Shown here one piece after another: positions 15,455 through 28,573 of a stretch of 64,000 nt of DNA; position 1 is the first letter of the stretch; each line of letters starts with the position of its first letter. The notes under the pieces were generated by a model. It worked only from the letters and a program-made list of their open reading frames with translations, had not been told where the DNA came from and did not search any database. This DNA comes from Eledone cirrhosa (Eukaryota). Location: positions 208,010,001 through 208,074,000 of the forward strand of contig OZ024743.1 in the NCBI GenBank assembly GCA_964016885.1, read 5' to 3'. The translations under genes were made by a program, and so were the position numbers.

Positions 15455-17682
15455 ATTAGTTTTGCGAGGTTTTTTATATGAAATCGTGTGTCGAAACAGA
15501 TATTGTTATATTTGGGGAGGGTCATATTTGCGTAATATTGCCAGAATTAATAACAGAACACACTCACTGTTTGGTTGGTTTTCGCTTCTCGCTGTCTTTT
15601 ATATATATATATCTGCGGTCTAACTTACTCGGTCCTCAATGTTGCCATTGACTGACCGGCGGTCAAAAATAATACAGATACAATATAGACAAACACATAT
15701 ATATATAGTTTACATAATTTACATAAATCTTTCGTTGCACATCTGCAACATCGTCAGTGGTGTTATATTCATTGTTCCTCCTGTTGTGTTGTATGTCTAC
15801 GCCATTTTTTTTTTTTTGTTCAGTCTGTCTATATATTTATTTATTTATTTGCTTGTTTGTTTATCTTATTTTATTTTGTCTTCTTTTTTGCGCATGCGTT
15901 TGCGTGTGTGTATAGTGTTATGTGTGATGTGTGACTAGTGTGTATAGTGTTGTGTCTGCTGGGTGACTAGTGTGTGTTTATGTGCTTGTGTATGTATTTA
16001 TTTATCTTATTTTATTTAATTTAATTTACTTATTTATTTATACTTCTCTTAGGTCAGTGTTGTTTGTTTGGGTGTTGTTGTTGTTCCACTCATTCTTTCT
16101 GTTTAGCTTTGGTCTTCTAATTTCTATTTCACTGGCCTCTCTGATTTGCCTATCTGCTGGGTCATTCCTATGTTTAGATATTATTCTAATTTCTATGTTG
16201 TCTATGTTACCGTCATGTTGTTGTCTAGCATGTTCGTATAGTACTGACCCGTTTTTTCGTCCTTTTAGTTCCCCCCAGTGTTGGTCTATCCTTTCACCTA
16301 TGCTACGAGCTGTCTCACCTATGTATGTTGTTGTCGTGTTTCTGCAAGTACCCTCTGTACATCTTATGCTATAGACTACGTTTCTAGTTTTACAGTTTAT
16401 CCGGGGGTTCACCTTACATACGATACATTTCCTATTGGTACAGTGGGTTTTCTTAAAAGGGTAGGTTTTGCTGATCAGGGATTTTATGGTGGTTCCTGGC
16501 TTTTCTACCACCTTTATTTTTAAGTGGGTCTTTCTCAGGGCCTTTCTACACTGGTTAGCTAATTTCCCTCCAGGGGTGGCGTCCACAAACATGACACTCT
16601 GATATCTCTGGTTGTCGTACCATGATGTGGCCTTCCCTATCTTATGTCTAGCCCTATCTAAGCTATTCCATGATTTGCTCCTGTATAGTGGGCAAATTCC
16701 TTTCATGTCCAGTTCTATGAGGGTCTTATACTTTTCCATGGCTCCTTCGTATACTCTGACTCTGTCTCTTTGGTTGTAGCCAGAGAACTGCATGCGGTTG
16801 ATGAAGTGTTGGATGTGTCCTTCCATTTCTGTTGGGTCGCACATGCTGGACACATTCTTCATCACTCGTACCAAATCTGCGATCAGAATATTAAACTTAG
16901 CAAATCTGCGATCAGAATATTAAACTTAGCACTACTGGACATTGCTGAATAATATCTAAACATAGGAATGACCCAGCAGATAGGCAAATCAGAGAGGCCA
17001 GTGAAATAGAAATTAGAAGACCAAAGCTAAACAGAAAGAATGAGTGGAACAACAACAACACCCAAACAAACAACACTGACCTAAGAGAAGTATAAATAAA
17101 TAAGTAAATTAAATTAAATAAAATAAGATAAATAAATACATACACAAGCACATAAACACACACTAGTCACCCAGCAGACACAACACTATACACACTAGTC
17201 ACACATCACACATAACACTATACACACACGCAAACGCATGCGCAAAGAAGACAAAATAAAATAAGATAAACAAACAAGCAAATAAATAAATAAATATATA
17301 GACAGACTGAACAAAAAAAAAATGGCGTAGACATACAACACAACAGGAGGAACAATGAATATAACACCACTGACGATGTTGCAGATGTGCAACGAAAGAT
17401 TTATGTAAATTATGTAAACTATATATATATGTGTTTGTCTATATTGTATCTGTATTATTTTTGACCGCCGGTCAGTCAATGGCAACATTGAGGACCGAGT
17501 AAGTTAGATCGCAGATATATATATATAAAAGACAGCGAGAAGCGAAAACCAACCAAACAGTGAGTGTGTTCTGTTATTAATTCTGGCAATATTACGCAAA
17601 TATGACCCTCCCCAAATATAACAATATCTGTTTCGACACACGATTTCATATAAAAAACCTCGCAAAACTAATTCATCGCCGC
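15455..17682 (-). mobile_element. Penelope-like element, 5'-truncated, with inverted duplicate of its 3' end
   Basis: GIY-YIG ORF remnant between near-identical inverted arms 15455-16186 and 16947-17672; flanked by (TA)n. Confidence 0.9.
16038..16948 (-). pseudogene. PLE ORF C-terminus: RT thumb, Cys-rich linker and GIY-YIG endonuclease
   Basis: SAMSSSAKFNILIADLVRVMKN, FVDATPGG, CxxxxCxxC..C, NVVYSIRC..YIGETARSIGERIDQH..RQIREA..LN; 29-bp tandem duplication 16873-16930 shifts the frame. Confidence 0.9.
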
Positions 17683-19124
17683 TATATATATATATGTATG
17701 TATATATATATATATATGTATGTATATATATATATATATATGTATGTATATATATATATATATATGTATGTATATATATATATATATGTATGTATATATA
17801 TATATATATGTATGTATATATATATATATATGTATGTATATATATATATATATGTATGTATATATATATATATATGTATGTATATATATATATATATGTA
17901 TGTATATATATATATATATGTATGTATATATATATATGTATGTATGTATATATATATATATGTATGTATATATATATATATGTATGTATATATATATATG
18001 TATGTATATATATATATGTATGTATGTATATATATATATGTATGTATATATATATATGTATGTATGTATATATATATATATGTATGTATATATATATATA
18101 TGTATGTATATATATATATATGTATATATATATATGTATGTATATATATATGTATGTATGTATATATATGTATGTATGTATATATGTATGTATGTATGTA
18201 TATATATATATATGTATGTATGTATATATATATATATATATATGTATGTATATATATATATATGTATGTATGTATATATATATATATATATGTATGTATA
18301 TATATATATATATGTATGTATGTATGTATGTATATATATGTATGTATGTATGTATATATATGTATGTATGTATGTATATATATGTATGTATGTATGTATA
18401 TATATGTATGTATGTATGTATATATATGTATGTATGTATGTATATATATGTATGTATGTATGTATATATATGTATGTATGTATGTATATATATATATCTA
18501 TGTATGTATATATATATATGTATGTATATATATATATATATGTATGTATGTATATATATATATGTATGTATGTATATATATATATGTATGTATGTATGTA
18601 TATATATATATGTATGTATGTATGTATATATATATATCTATGTATGTATATATATATATGTATGTATATATATATATCTATGTATGTATATATATATATG
18701 TATGTATGTATATATATATATGTATGTATGTATATATATATATGTATGTATGTATATATATATATGTATGTATATATGTATATATATATGTATGTATATA
18801 TATATATGTATGTATATATATATAAGTATGTATATATATATATGTATGTATATATATATATGTATGTATATATATATATATGTATGTATATATATATATA
18901 TGTATGTATATATATATAAGTATGTATATATATATATGTATGTATATATATATATGTATGTATATATATATATATGTATGTATATATATATATATGTATG
19001 TATATATATATATATGTATGTATATATATATATATATATATGTATGTATATATATATATATATATATGTATGTATATATATATATATATATATGTATGTA
19101 TATATATATATATATATATGTATG

Positions 19125-19157
<33 letters not shown>

Positions 19158-19342
19158 ATATATATATATATATATGTATGTATATATATATATATATATA
19201 TGTATGTATATATATATATATATATGTATGTATATATATATATATATATGTATGTATATATATATATGTATGTATGTATATATATATATGTATGTATGTA
19301 TATATATATATGTATGTATGTATATATATATATATATGTATG

Positions 19343-19377
<35 letters not shown>

Positions 19378-19564
19378 ATATATATATATGTATGTATGTA
19401 TATATATATATATGTATGTATATATATATATATGTATGTATATGTATATATATATATATGTATGTATGTATATATATATATATGTATGTATATGTATATA
19501 TATATATATGTATGTATATGTATATATATATATATGTATGTATGTATATATATATATATGTATG

Positions 19565-19595
<31 letters not shown>

Positions 19596-19653
19596 ATATA
19601 TATATATATGTATGTATATATATATATATATATGTATGTATATATATATATAT
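17683..19653. repeat. (TA)n/(TATG)n microsatellite
   Basis: Direct reading. Confidence 0.98.
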
Positions 19654-19746
19654 AACTTTGAACTTTGAATAACTTTGAAATGTTTTGGCCAGTATTGGCC
19701 CAGGCCATGTCTAACTTAATAGCACCACCTGGCGAAGTCTTTCAAT

Positions 19747-22700
19747 TCAGGATTTGGGCACCATGGCCCATTCGAGAAGAGAATTACTGTTTGCGGAGAC
19801 ATATCCGGGTGTGGGTGGTTTGTCCGGGATTACTTGGAGGAATTTGTCCAAAGACTTCTTGAATTTTGTGTGGTCAGTTTCTGTTTTGACGTGTCCTGGT
19901 GTGATGTTGAAGAGAGCAGGGCCGATTGAGGTGAAATAATTGTGCCGTATTGTTGTTATGAGTTGTGATTTAGATTTTTGAATGGGACGGATAGCACGGG
20001 GCCCAAGCCTTGGGTGTATCTTGAAGGCGATGCCAACATCATTTGGGCAGTGATGATGGAACATTTTCCACATCATGCAGATAATATAACGCTCACTGCG
20101 ACGTTGGAGTGAGTAAAGTTTCAGGTTTTCTAATCGACCCCAGTAGTCAAGGTCTGACATGCCATCTATCTTTTTCGTGATTGCCCTTTGAGGAGCTTCA
20201 AGTTTCATGATACTTTGTTTCGTGTGGGGAGACCACAGTGGACAACAGTATTCAAGGTGTGGTCGGGCAAAAGTAGAGAAGAGAAGGATAATGGTGCGGG
20301 AATCTCTCGACTGGAAGGTTCTGAGGATCCAGGAACACATTCTGCGGGCCATGTCAACTTTGCTGCTTATATGCGTGGTCCAGCTTATGTTGCTGTCCAC
20401 GGTTACTCCCAAGTCTCTGATGTTGTTAGATGCCACGAGAGTTTCCCCGGAGGGAAGGGAGTACGGGAGTTTCAGAGCATCCTCTTTTCCAAAGTGGATC
20501 AGTTCGAATTTGTCTTCCTTCAGTAACATGTTGTTCTTTTCCGCCCATTGGGTAACAGCCAGTAGGTCTGACTGAAGGCTTATCCGGTCATCCACGCCAT
20601 TGATGACCTTTTGGAGCTTGGAATCATCAGCGAAAATTTTAATGTTGCTGTGTTTGATGATGTCAGTGATGTCATTAATATAGATGATGAAGAGAAGTGG
20701 GCCCAACACAGTGCCTTGTGGGACCCCACTACTGACTTTGGCTGGGCTGGATTTGACTCCCTCAACTACAACATGTTGGGTTCTGTTTGACAGGAAGCTC
20801 TTGATCCACTGCAGCAGCTTTCCAGTGACACCAATATTGGACAGCTTTCTCAGTAGAATGTTATGATCAACCCTGTCAAAGGCCTTGCTGAAATCAAGGT
20901 AGATAACATCAGTGTTGGAACCCTCTCCCAAGGCTCTCAAAATGTCATCAAAGTGATGCAGTAGCTGCGTCAGGCAATCCCTTCCATTACGGAATCCATG
21001 CTGGTTGGAGTTCAGCATATTGTTACTCTCAAGGAAGTGGGTCATTCGCGATCTCACCACTCTCTCAAATACCTTAATGATATGAGAGGTGAGTGAGATT
21101 GGACGGTAATTCACGGCAAGGGATTTGTTTCCCTTTTTGAAAACTGGGACAACAGACTGGGATAGAAGGTTTTCTGGCACATATCCAGCATCCAGTGAGT
21201 TCCGCCACAGATTGGCAAGAGGAGATGCAAGTTGGCGTTGACACGCCTTCAAGACACAAGCAGGGAACCTATCGGGACCTACTGCTGAATTATGCTTGAT
21301 TTCCTTTATTGCCGCCAAGACATCAGGGGCGCCAAACGTTATGTCCGATAAGGTGTAATGGGGAGTAACATCGCTGATACAGCCCAGATCGGCCATATCA
21401 GGATTGCTGAAAACAGAGCAGTATTGTTTCTGCAGTATCTCACCCATGGTTTTAGCATTGTCTTGAAGAGTGCCATTTTCATCAATTAGAGGGCCAACAG
21501 TAGAGCCAGTGATTTTGTGTTTTTTTGCAAATGAAAAGAACACTTTGGGATTGAGTTTGATCTTCTCAATGGCCCAGGCCTCTTCAGCTCTTCTCTGATT
21601 GTTGATGAGGGACATTATGTTGTTTTGGAGGTTATGTTTTTTTAATCTCTAGTGATGAAATGGCAGTCAAGTTGATGTGTTGCTGCTGACAGTATTTCAG
21701 CTTGTTGATTTTTTTGTTCGTTCTCTTAATTTTTCTGATGAGCGTTTTTCTATTTCTAGGGATTCTGCTCTTAGATTTGTTTATAGTTCTTAATGGGGTG
21801 TGTTTAGCACATATGTTTGTAACAGTGTCCACAAATGTCTGCCAGGACTTTTTGATGTTAGTGGGTGTATGAGTGTGCGTGAAGGACCAGTCGACATGTG
21901 CAAGATCATGACTGATCGCTTCCCAGTTTGCATTGTGGAAATTCATAGCGTCAAACGGATGGACAGGAGAGATGACATTGGGTTTGTATATTGGACGGTG
22001 GAATCTCAGATCACAGAGAACCATGTCATGATCAGAGAGTAGAGTTTTCTCCACTGCAATATTGTGGATATTGTCAGTGTGATTGCTGAAAATTAAGTCT
22101 AGGACGTTTTTGTGGCACCTCGTTGGTTCGAGCACCAGTTGGGATAGGAAGAAATCATCCATGAAGTCAAGAAGCGATTCCACAGCTTCCCTGTCAGAGG
22201 TTGAGGCAGAAGAACCTGGTGGCAGGCTGTTTGTGGACCAGTCAACTCCGGGGAGGTTGAAGTCCCCCATCATTAAGATGTTGTCAGGGTGACACTCTTG
22301 GATGAAACACTTTATGCTGTTGAGGCATTCCTTGAAGCATGGTACAGGCGTTTGGGGTGGCCTATAGAGCCCAACTACTAATAGGTTGTTGGTTTGACTG
22401 AATACAGTGACTGCTTCACAGTATCCATTAGTGAATATGTTCATAGCCTCTGTTGAGAAAGAATTATGGACATAAATGGCAGTTCCGCCCTTTCTTCTGC
22501 CAGCGCGATCAGCACGGATGGCTTTGAAATTTTTCACTTTCACCTCGGCTTCCAAGTGGAGGTTACTGAGATGGGTTTCAGTGAGGACGAAGAAAGGGAT
22601 GTGGTTTGGATGGACATCAATCCAGTCCTCCAGGAATTTGATCTTCCATTTTTGAGTATTGGTGGAAGGGCTGATGCCTTGGGCGTTAAGCAAAAATGTA

Positions 22701-22768
22701 GAGGCGAGAGTGGATGGTTTTAATTGTTTTGGTGTGTTGTTAATTTGTTTGTTTGTTAATGGCAGCAA
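19747..22768 (-). pseudogene. CR1-like ORF2 (APE and RT) with a single frameshift in an A8 run near 21640
   Basis: LNAQG, LTETHL, YRPP, MGDFNLP, LDL, SDH; YRPISLTS, DFSKAFDRV, GVPQGTVLGP, FADDSKL, RPHLEYC. Confidence 0.88.
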
Positions 22769-23545
22769 TGGGAGTTTGTGCAGTGGGGTGATAGTGGAGG
22801 GTGGTGCTGGGTGATAGCTCGAATGTTTTTTTCCAGTACTTTTGCCAGATTCATTATGGCTAAAAAAGAGGAAGAAGTTTCCTGTTTAGAAGACTGTTGG
22901 TGACTGTGGTAGTGGTTATTTTTATGTAGGTTATGGTTTTTGTTTTTGCTTTTATTTTTAATTTTATTTTCATTTGTCCGACGGGTCCCCGAGAGATGGG
23001 TAAAGGGACAATCCCGGTCTAAACACAATCTGTCTCGCAGGGAAAAGCGGCAGATTTGTGGATTCCTTGTTTGAGTTATTGGTGGTTGTGTTGGTGTTAA
23101 ATTAGAGTATGTATTATGGTGGTGGCTGTTTGTGGGGATAGATCGTTTTGTCCTAGGTAAATGGGTGAATTTGCAGCCACTATCCGTACATATTCTATAG
23201 CGTAGAGAGTAGCGGCAAATGATGGGGTTTCGAGTGGGTGGGTATGTGGGTGTGTGTGTTGTGAGAGGTGTAGATGATGGTTTGGGTAGGATTTGACGAC
23301 CTTTGTGGACTGTGGGAGGGAGAGTTCTTGTACTGGTATTAGAAGGTAAATTCCTTGACATAGCAGTAGACAAAAATGTTGTAGTAGTAGTAGTAGTAGG
23401 CAGAGATGTTGGCAGTGGTGATGATTGGACTGCTGGGCCAGAGAAAGGATGTGGCGTTTCATGCTGTGAGACAGAGGCTACTGGGGGGTCAATAGTTTCA
23501 TTTAGTAGATCGGCCATTGTTGATGAATCAAGGAGTGGTTCACAC

Positions 23546-23588
<43 letters not shown>

Positions 23589-23919
23589 GATGTTGATGTT
23601 GATGTTGTAGCTGTTGTTGATGTTGCCGTTGTAGCTGCTGTTGTTGTTGTTGCTGCTGCTGGACAGCATTCGAAGAAAAAACACACCGTAGTTTATCCAA
23701 ATGTTTATTGATTAATTTAAAAGCAATTTCGATTTGCTTTAATTTATTTTGAATCTGTTGTTCAGATCGAGTTTTCAAAAATTGAACTGTACGTTTAGCA
23801 ATGTCGTTCAGAGATGAAGCATCTATGTCTTCTGTTTGGGTAAGGCAATGCCATGTGTTTATTAGAACGTCGATTTCATTATCAGACCAGTTCTGTTTGG
23901 ATTTTTGCTGGTTAGCCAT
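22756..23919 (-). CDS. LINE ORF1: Myb/SANT-like N-terminus, poly-Q, two CCCH zinc fingers
   Basis: ATG at 23919; NWSDNEIDVLINTW..RSEQQIQNKLKQI; two C-x8-C-x4-C-x3-H motifs; open to TAA at 22758-22756. Confidence 0.8.
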
Positions 23920-24307
23920 TCTAGTTTTGAGTGTGTGTGTTTTAGTTAAGTATTTCAATATATATATATTTTTTTAAATTTATTTTTGATTTATTTTTGT
24001 TTTTTGTTTTTCTTGTGTGTGAGTGAGAAGCGTATATATATAAATATGAGTATATATATATATATATATGTATATTCTGGTTATTTGAAATTAATTAAGT
24101 TAATGAAAAGACGAAAGTATATAATAATAATTTGTAGTTAAAGGAAAATGTACTCACAAGTTCGAAAACACGTGGTTTCAAATATATAATAATATAGATG
24201 TATGTAAATGTATTAACCGGTCAATTTTCAAATATATAATAATATAGATGTATGTAAATGTATTAACCGGTCAATTTTTGTTTGTTTGGTTTTGTTTTGT
24301 GGTTTTG

Positions 24308-25380
24308 TCATCATCATCATCATCATCAACGTTTAACGTCCGTGTTCCACGCTTGCATGGGTTTGGACGGGGGTATTCCCACTTGAGGCAAGAGTGATTG
24401 TCTTGTTCGCATAGGACTGTCTGGCAGGTTTTCTACAGTTGGATGCCCTTCCTAACACCAACCACATTTACAGTGTGGGTCTGGGAGATTTTTACCGTGT
24501 TGCCTACACGGCCACATTACAGTGGCACCAACATAACTTTACATTGAAAGGGGCGGTGTGGATGGGGTGGGGGTGGTGGGACGGGGGTGTATTTTGTTAG
24601 AGATGCCTACTGACTGTAGTAGGTTTTACTTTGTATTTAGGTAAGGCGGGTCTTCTCTATTACTGAGTACCGCCAAAGGTCTCGGTCCAGTGACATTGTC
24701 TTGGTGAGGTGTAAGTGTGTGAGGTCGGAGTTTATCAGCTCGTCCCAGGTTTTTCTGGGTCTGCCTATTCCGTGGCTACCGTCTATCTTTATTGCCCTGC
24801 ACTTTGTTATACAGCTATCGTCCTTCATGCGCATCACGTGACCATACCAACGTAGCCTTCTCTCTAGTAAACAACATCTGATCCCTCTTATTTCTAATTT
24901 TTCCTTAGTTCGTTTATGCTTTGTCGTTCACGTATATTACTATTACACATCCAGCGGAGCATGCAAGCTTCGTTTCTCTCTAGTCTGCGTATATCCTCTG
25001 CACACAATGCCCAGGTCTCACTGCCATGCAACATTGCTGTTCGTATGCAGGCATCGTACAGCCTGCCTTTCATTTTTAGGGAGAACCCTTTAGCGGCTAA
25101 TAGTGGTATAAGCTCTCTGAACTTTTTCCACCCAGTTCTGACTCTAGCTACTGTACTTTCAGAGCACCCTCCCCCACTGCTGATTTTGTCACCCAGGTAA
25201 CGGAAGCTGTCCACTATTTCTACAGAGCCCTCTGCGCAGTTGAAAGAGCTAGTATTTTGTGGGCACTTGCTGCTACTTATTTCCCCAGAACACCGGCCAC
25301 ATGTAAAATCTATGTTCTTAGTTAGCTTACCTGTGATCCCACTACATCTTTTATACACCCAAACTTTGCATTTGGGACAC
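24308..25380 (-). mobile_element. 5'-truncated RTE (PHD-insert family)
   Basis: Highly similar to 31359-32470; (GAT)n tail. Confidence 0.9.
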
Positions 25381-26152
<772 letters not shown>

Positions 26153-26405
26153 AATATTAAATAAATGGAAACTATATTTATAAAACCATATTTATTTCAT
26201 TATATATATTTCAGGGATATCATATTAACAATATGCTATGTTAATATGATATCCCTGAAATATATATAATGAAATAAATATGGTTTTATAAATATAGTTT
26301 CCATTTATTTAATATTGTAAATATACTCCAAATACTTGTCGAGTGCTTTTATATCAGTTATAAATATTTACTAGTTGTAACCCAACAATTTAAATATAAC
26401 TTTCC
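26153..26405 (+). mobile_element. PLE-like terminal remnant with 78-bp perfect inverted arms (26153-26230 / 26239-26316)
   Basis: Same family as 11507-11745; retains only the GAAA-TATATA-TA half of the hammerhead. Confidence 0.7.
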
Positions 26406-26428
26406 ATATATATATATATATATATATG

Positions 26429-26511
<83 letters not shown>

Positions 26512-27310
26512 ATATACATATGTATGTATGTATATATGTGTATGTATGTATGTATATATACATATGTATGTATGTATATATGTGTATGTATGTATGTATA
26601 TATATATATACATACGTATGTATGTATATATATATACATATGTATGTATGTATATATATATACATATGTATGTATGTATATATATATACATATGTATGTA
26701 TGTATATATATATACATATGTATGTATGTATATATATATACATATGTATGTATATATATATACATATGTATGTATGTATATATATATACATATGTATGTA
26801 TGTATATATATATACATATGTATGTATGTATATATATATACATATGTATGTATGTATATATATATACATATGTATGTATGTATATATATATACATATGTA
26901 TGTATGTATATATATATACATATGTATGTATGTATATATATATACACATATGTATGTATATATATATACATATGTATGTATGTATATATATATACATATG
27001 TATGTATGTATATATATATACATATGTATGTATGTATATATATATACATATGTATGTATGTATATATATTTACATATGTATGTATGTATATATATATACA
27101 TATGTATGTATGTATATATATTTACATATGTATGTATGTATATATATATACATATGTATGTATGTATATATATATACATATGTATGTATGTATGTATATA
27201 TATATACATATTTTTTTTCCTGTCTATATTTCACTTCCTACCTCGAGATTTCCCTTTGCATTTTGTGGCTTTCTTAAATACGTATGTATATATATATGTA
27301 TATGTGTATG

Positions 27311-27372
<62 letters not shown>

Positions 27373-27508
27373 TGTATATATGTATATATATATGTATGTA
27401 TGTATATATGTATATATATATGTATGTATATATATATGTATGTATATATATATGTATGTATGTGTGTATATATGTATATATGTATGTATGTATATATGTA
27501 TGTATATA
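26406..27508. repeat. TA/TATG/CATATG compound microsatellite with a 70-bp unique island at 27211-27280
   Basis: Direct reading. Confidence 0.95.
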
Positions 27509-27931
27509 GCCATCCAAAATCACCGGGAGAGATGACCCCTTAGCCTTTGTCAAGGCAGAATTCTAGGAGAAGGAAAACTCTGATATAACACCTGCAACTC
27601 TGATGGTATCCAATGATGTTGACTTGTTCTTCTTTTTGGTAAATATCATCTTGGTTAAGAGAGTGGGACTGGCTTTGTGCAGTGCCTTTGCTCACTATAA
27701 AAGCTTCACGGCACAGGCATTGCTTTATATCTGGAGATCTCTCTGCACTTGTCATCACATGGTACCATGGGCCCAGTACTATGTGGCAATAATGGTCACA
27801 AGTGTAGTCTTTGTACCAGAGTTTTCAAGTCGCTGGCTTGACTAAAGTCACATTCGTTCAGCGCATCGGTAGGGGTTCTCCTACATGGATATAAAGTAGT
27901 GGCCGTACTCGAAAACGAGTTGGCAGCCACC
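27509..27931 (+). mobile_element. Non-autonomous, internally deleted RTE-C2H2 derivative (5' leader joined to last zinc finger and 3' terminus)
   Basis: 27520-27725 similar to 34331-34560; 27797-27872 reads [18 protein letters not shown]; terminal tggccgtactcgaaaacgagttggcagcca matches the RTE end. Confidence 0.8.
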
Positions 27932-28120
27932 ATATATACATATGTATGTATGTATGTATATATATATACATATGTATGTATGTATGTATATATATATACA
28001 TATGTATGTATGTATATATATATACATATGTATGTATGTATGTATATATATATATACATATGTATGTATATATATATACATATGTATGTATGTATATATA
28101 TATATACATATGTATGTATG

Positions 28121-28151
<31 letters not shown>

Positions 28152-28573
28152 ATATATATATACATATGTATGTATGTATATATATATATACATATGTATG
28201 TATGTATATATATATATATATACATATGTATGTATGTATATATATATATATATACATATGTATGTATGTATATATATATATACACATATGTATGTATGTA
28301 TATATATATATACATATGTATGTATGTATATATATATATACATATGTATGTATGTATATATATATATACATATGTATGTATGTATATATATATATACATA
28401 TGTATGTATGTATATATATATATACATATGTATGTATGTATATATATATATACATATGTATGTATGTATATATATATACATATGTATGTATGTATATATA
28501 TATATACATATGTATGTATGTATATATATATACGTATGTATGTATGTATATATATACATATGTATGTATATAT
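27932..28573. repeat. About 22-24 bp CATATGTATGTATG(TA)n tandem repeat
   Basis: Direct reading. Confidence 0.95.

Larger units (their letters stand above)
19654..24307 (-). mobile_element. Near full-length two-ORF CR1-group LINE
   Basis: ORF1 and APE-RT ORF2, short TTCAAAG(TTA) tandem tail at the 3' end, 50-bp tandem duplication near the 5' end (24176-24278). Confidence 0.85.

Noticed and set aside
17090-17672. SECIS element in the PLE 3' region (Naiad-type selenoprotein)
   Set aside because: No in-frame TGA in the retained ORF and no convincing ATGA..AA..GA helix by eye; SECISearch would settle it
23920-24157. Intron in the CR1 5' UTR (GTGAGT donor on the - strand, AG just before the ATG)
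   Set aside because: No polypyrimidine tract; cannot be supported without RNA data
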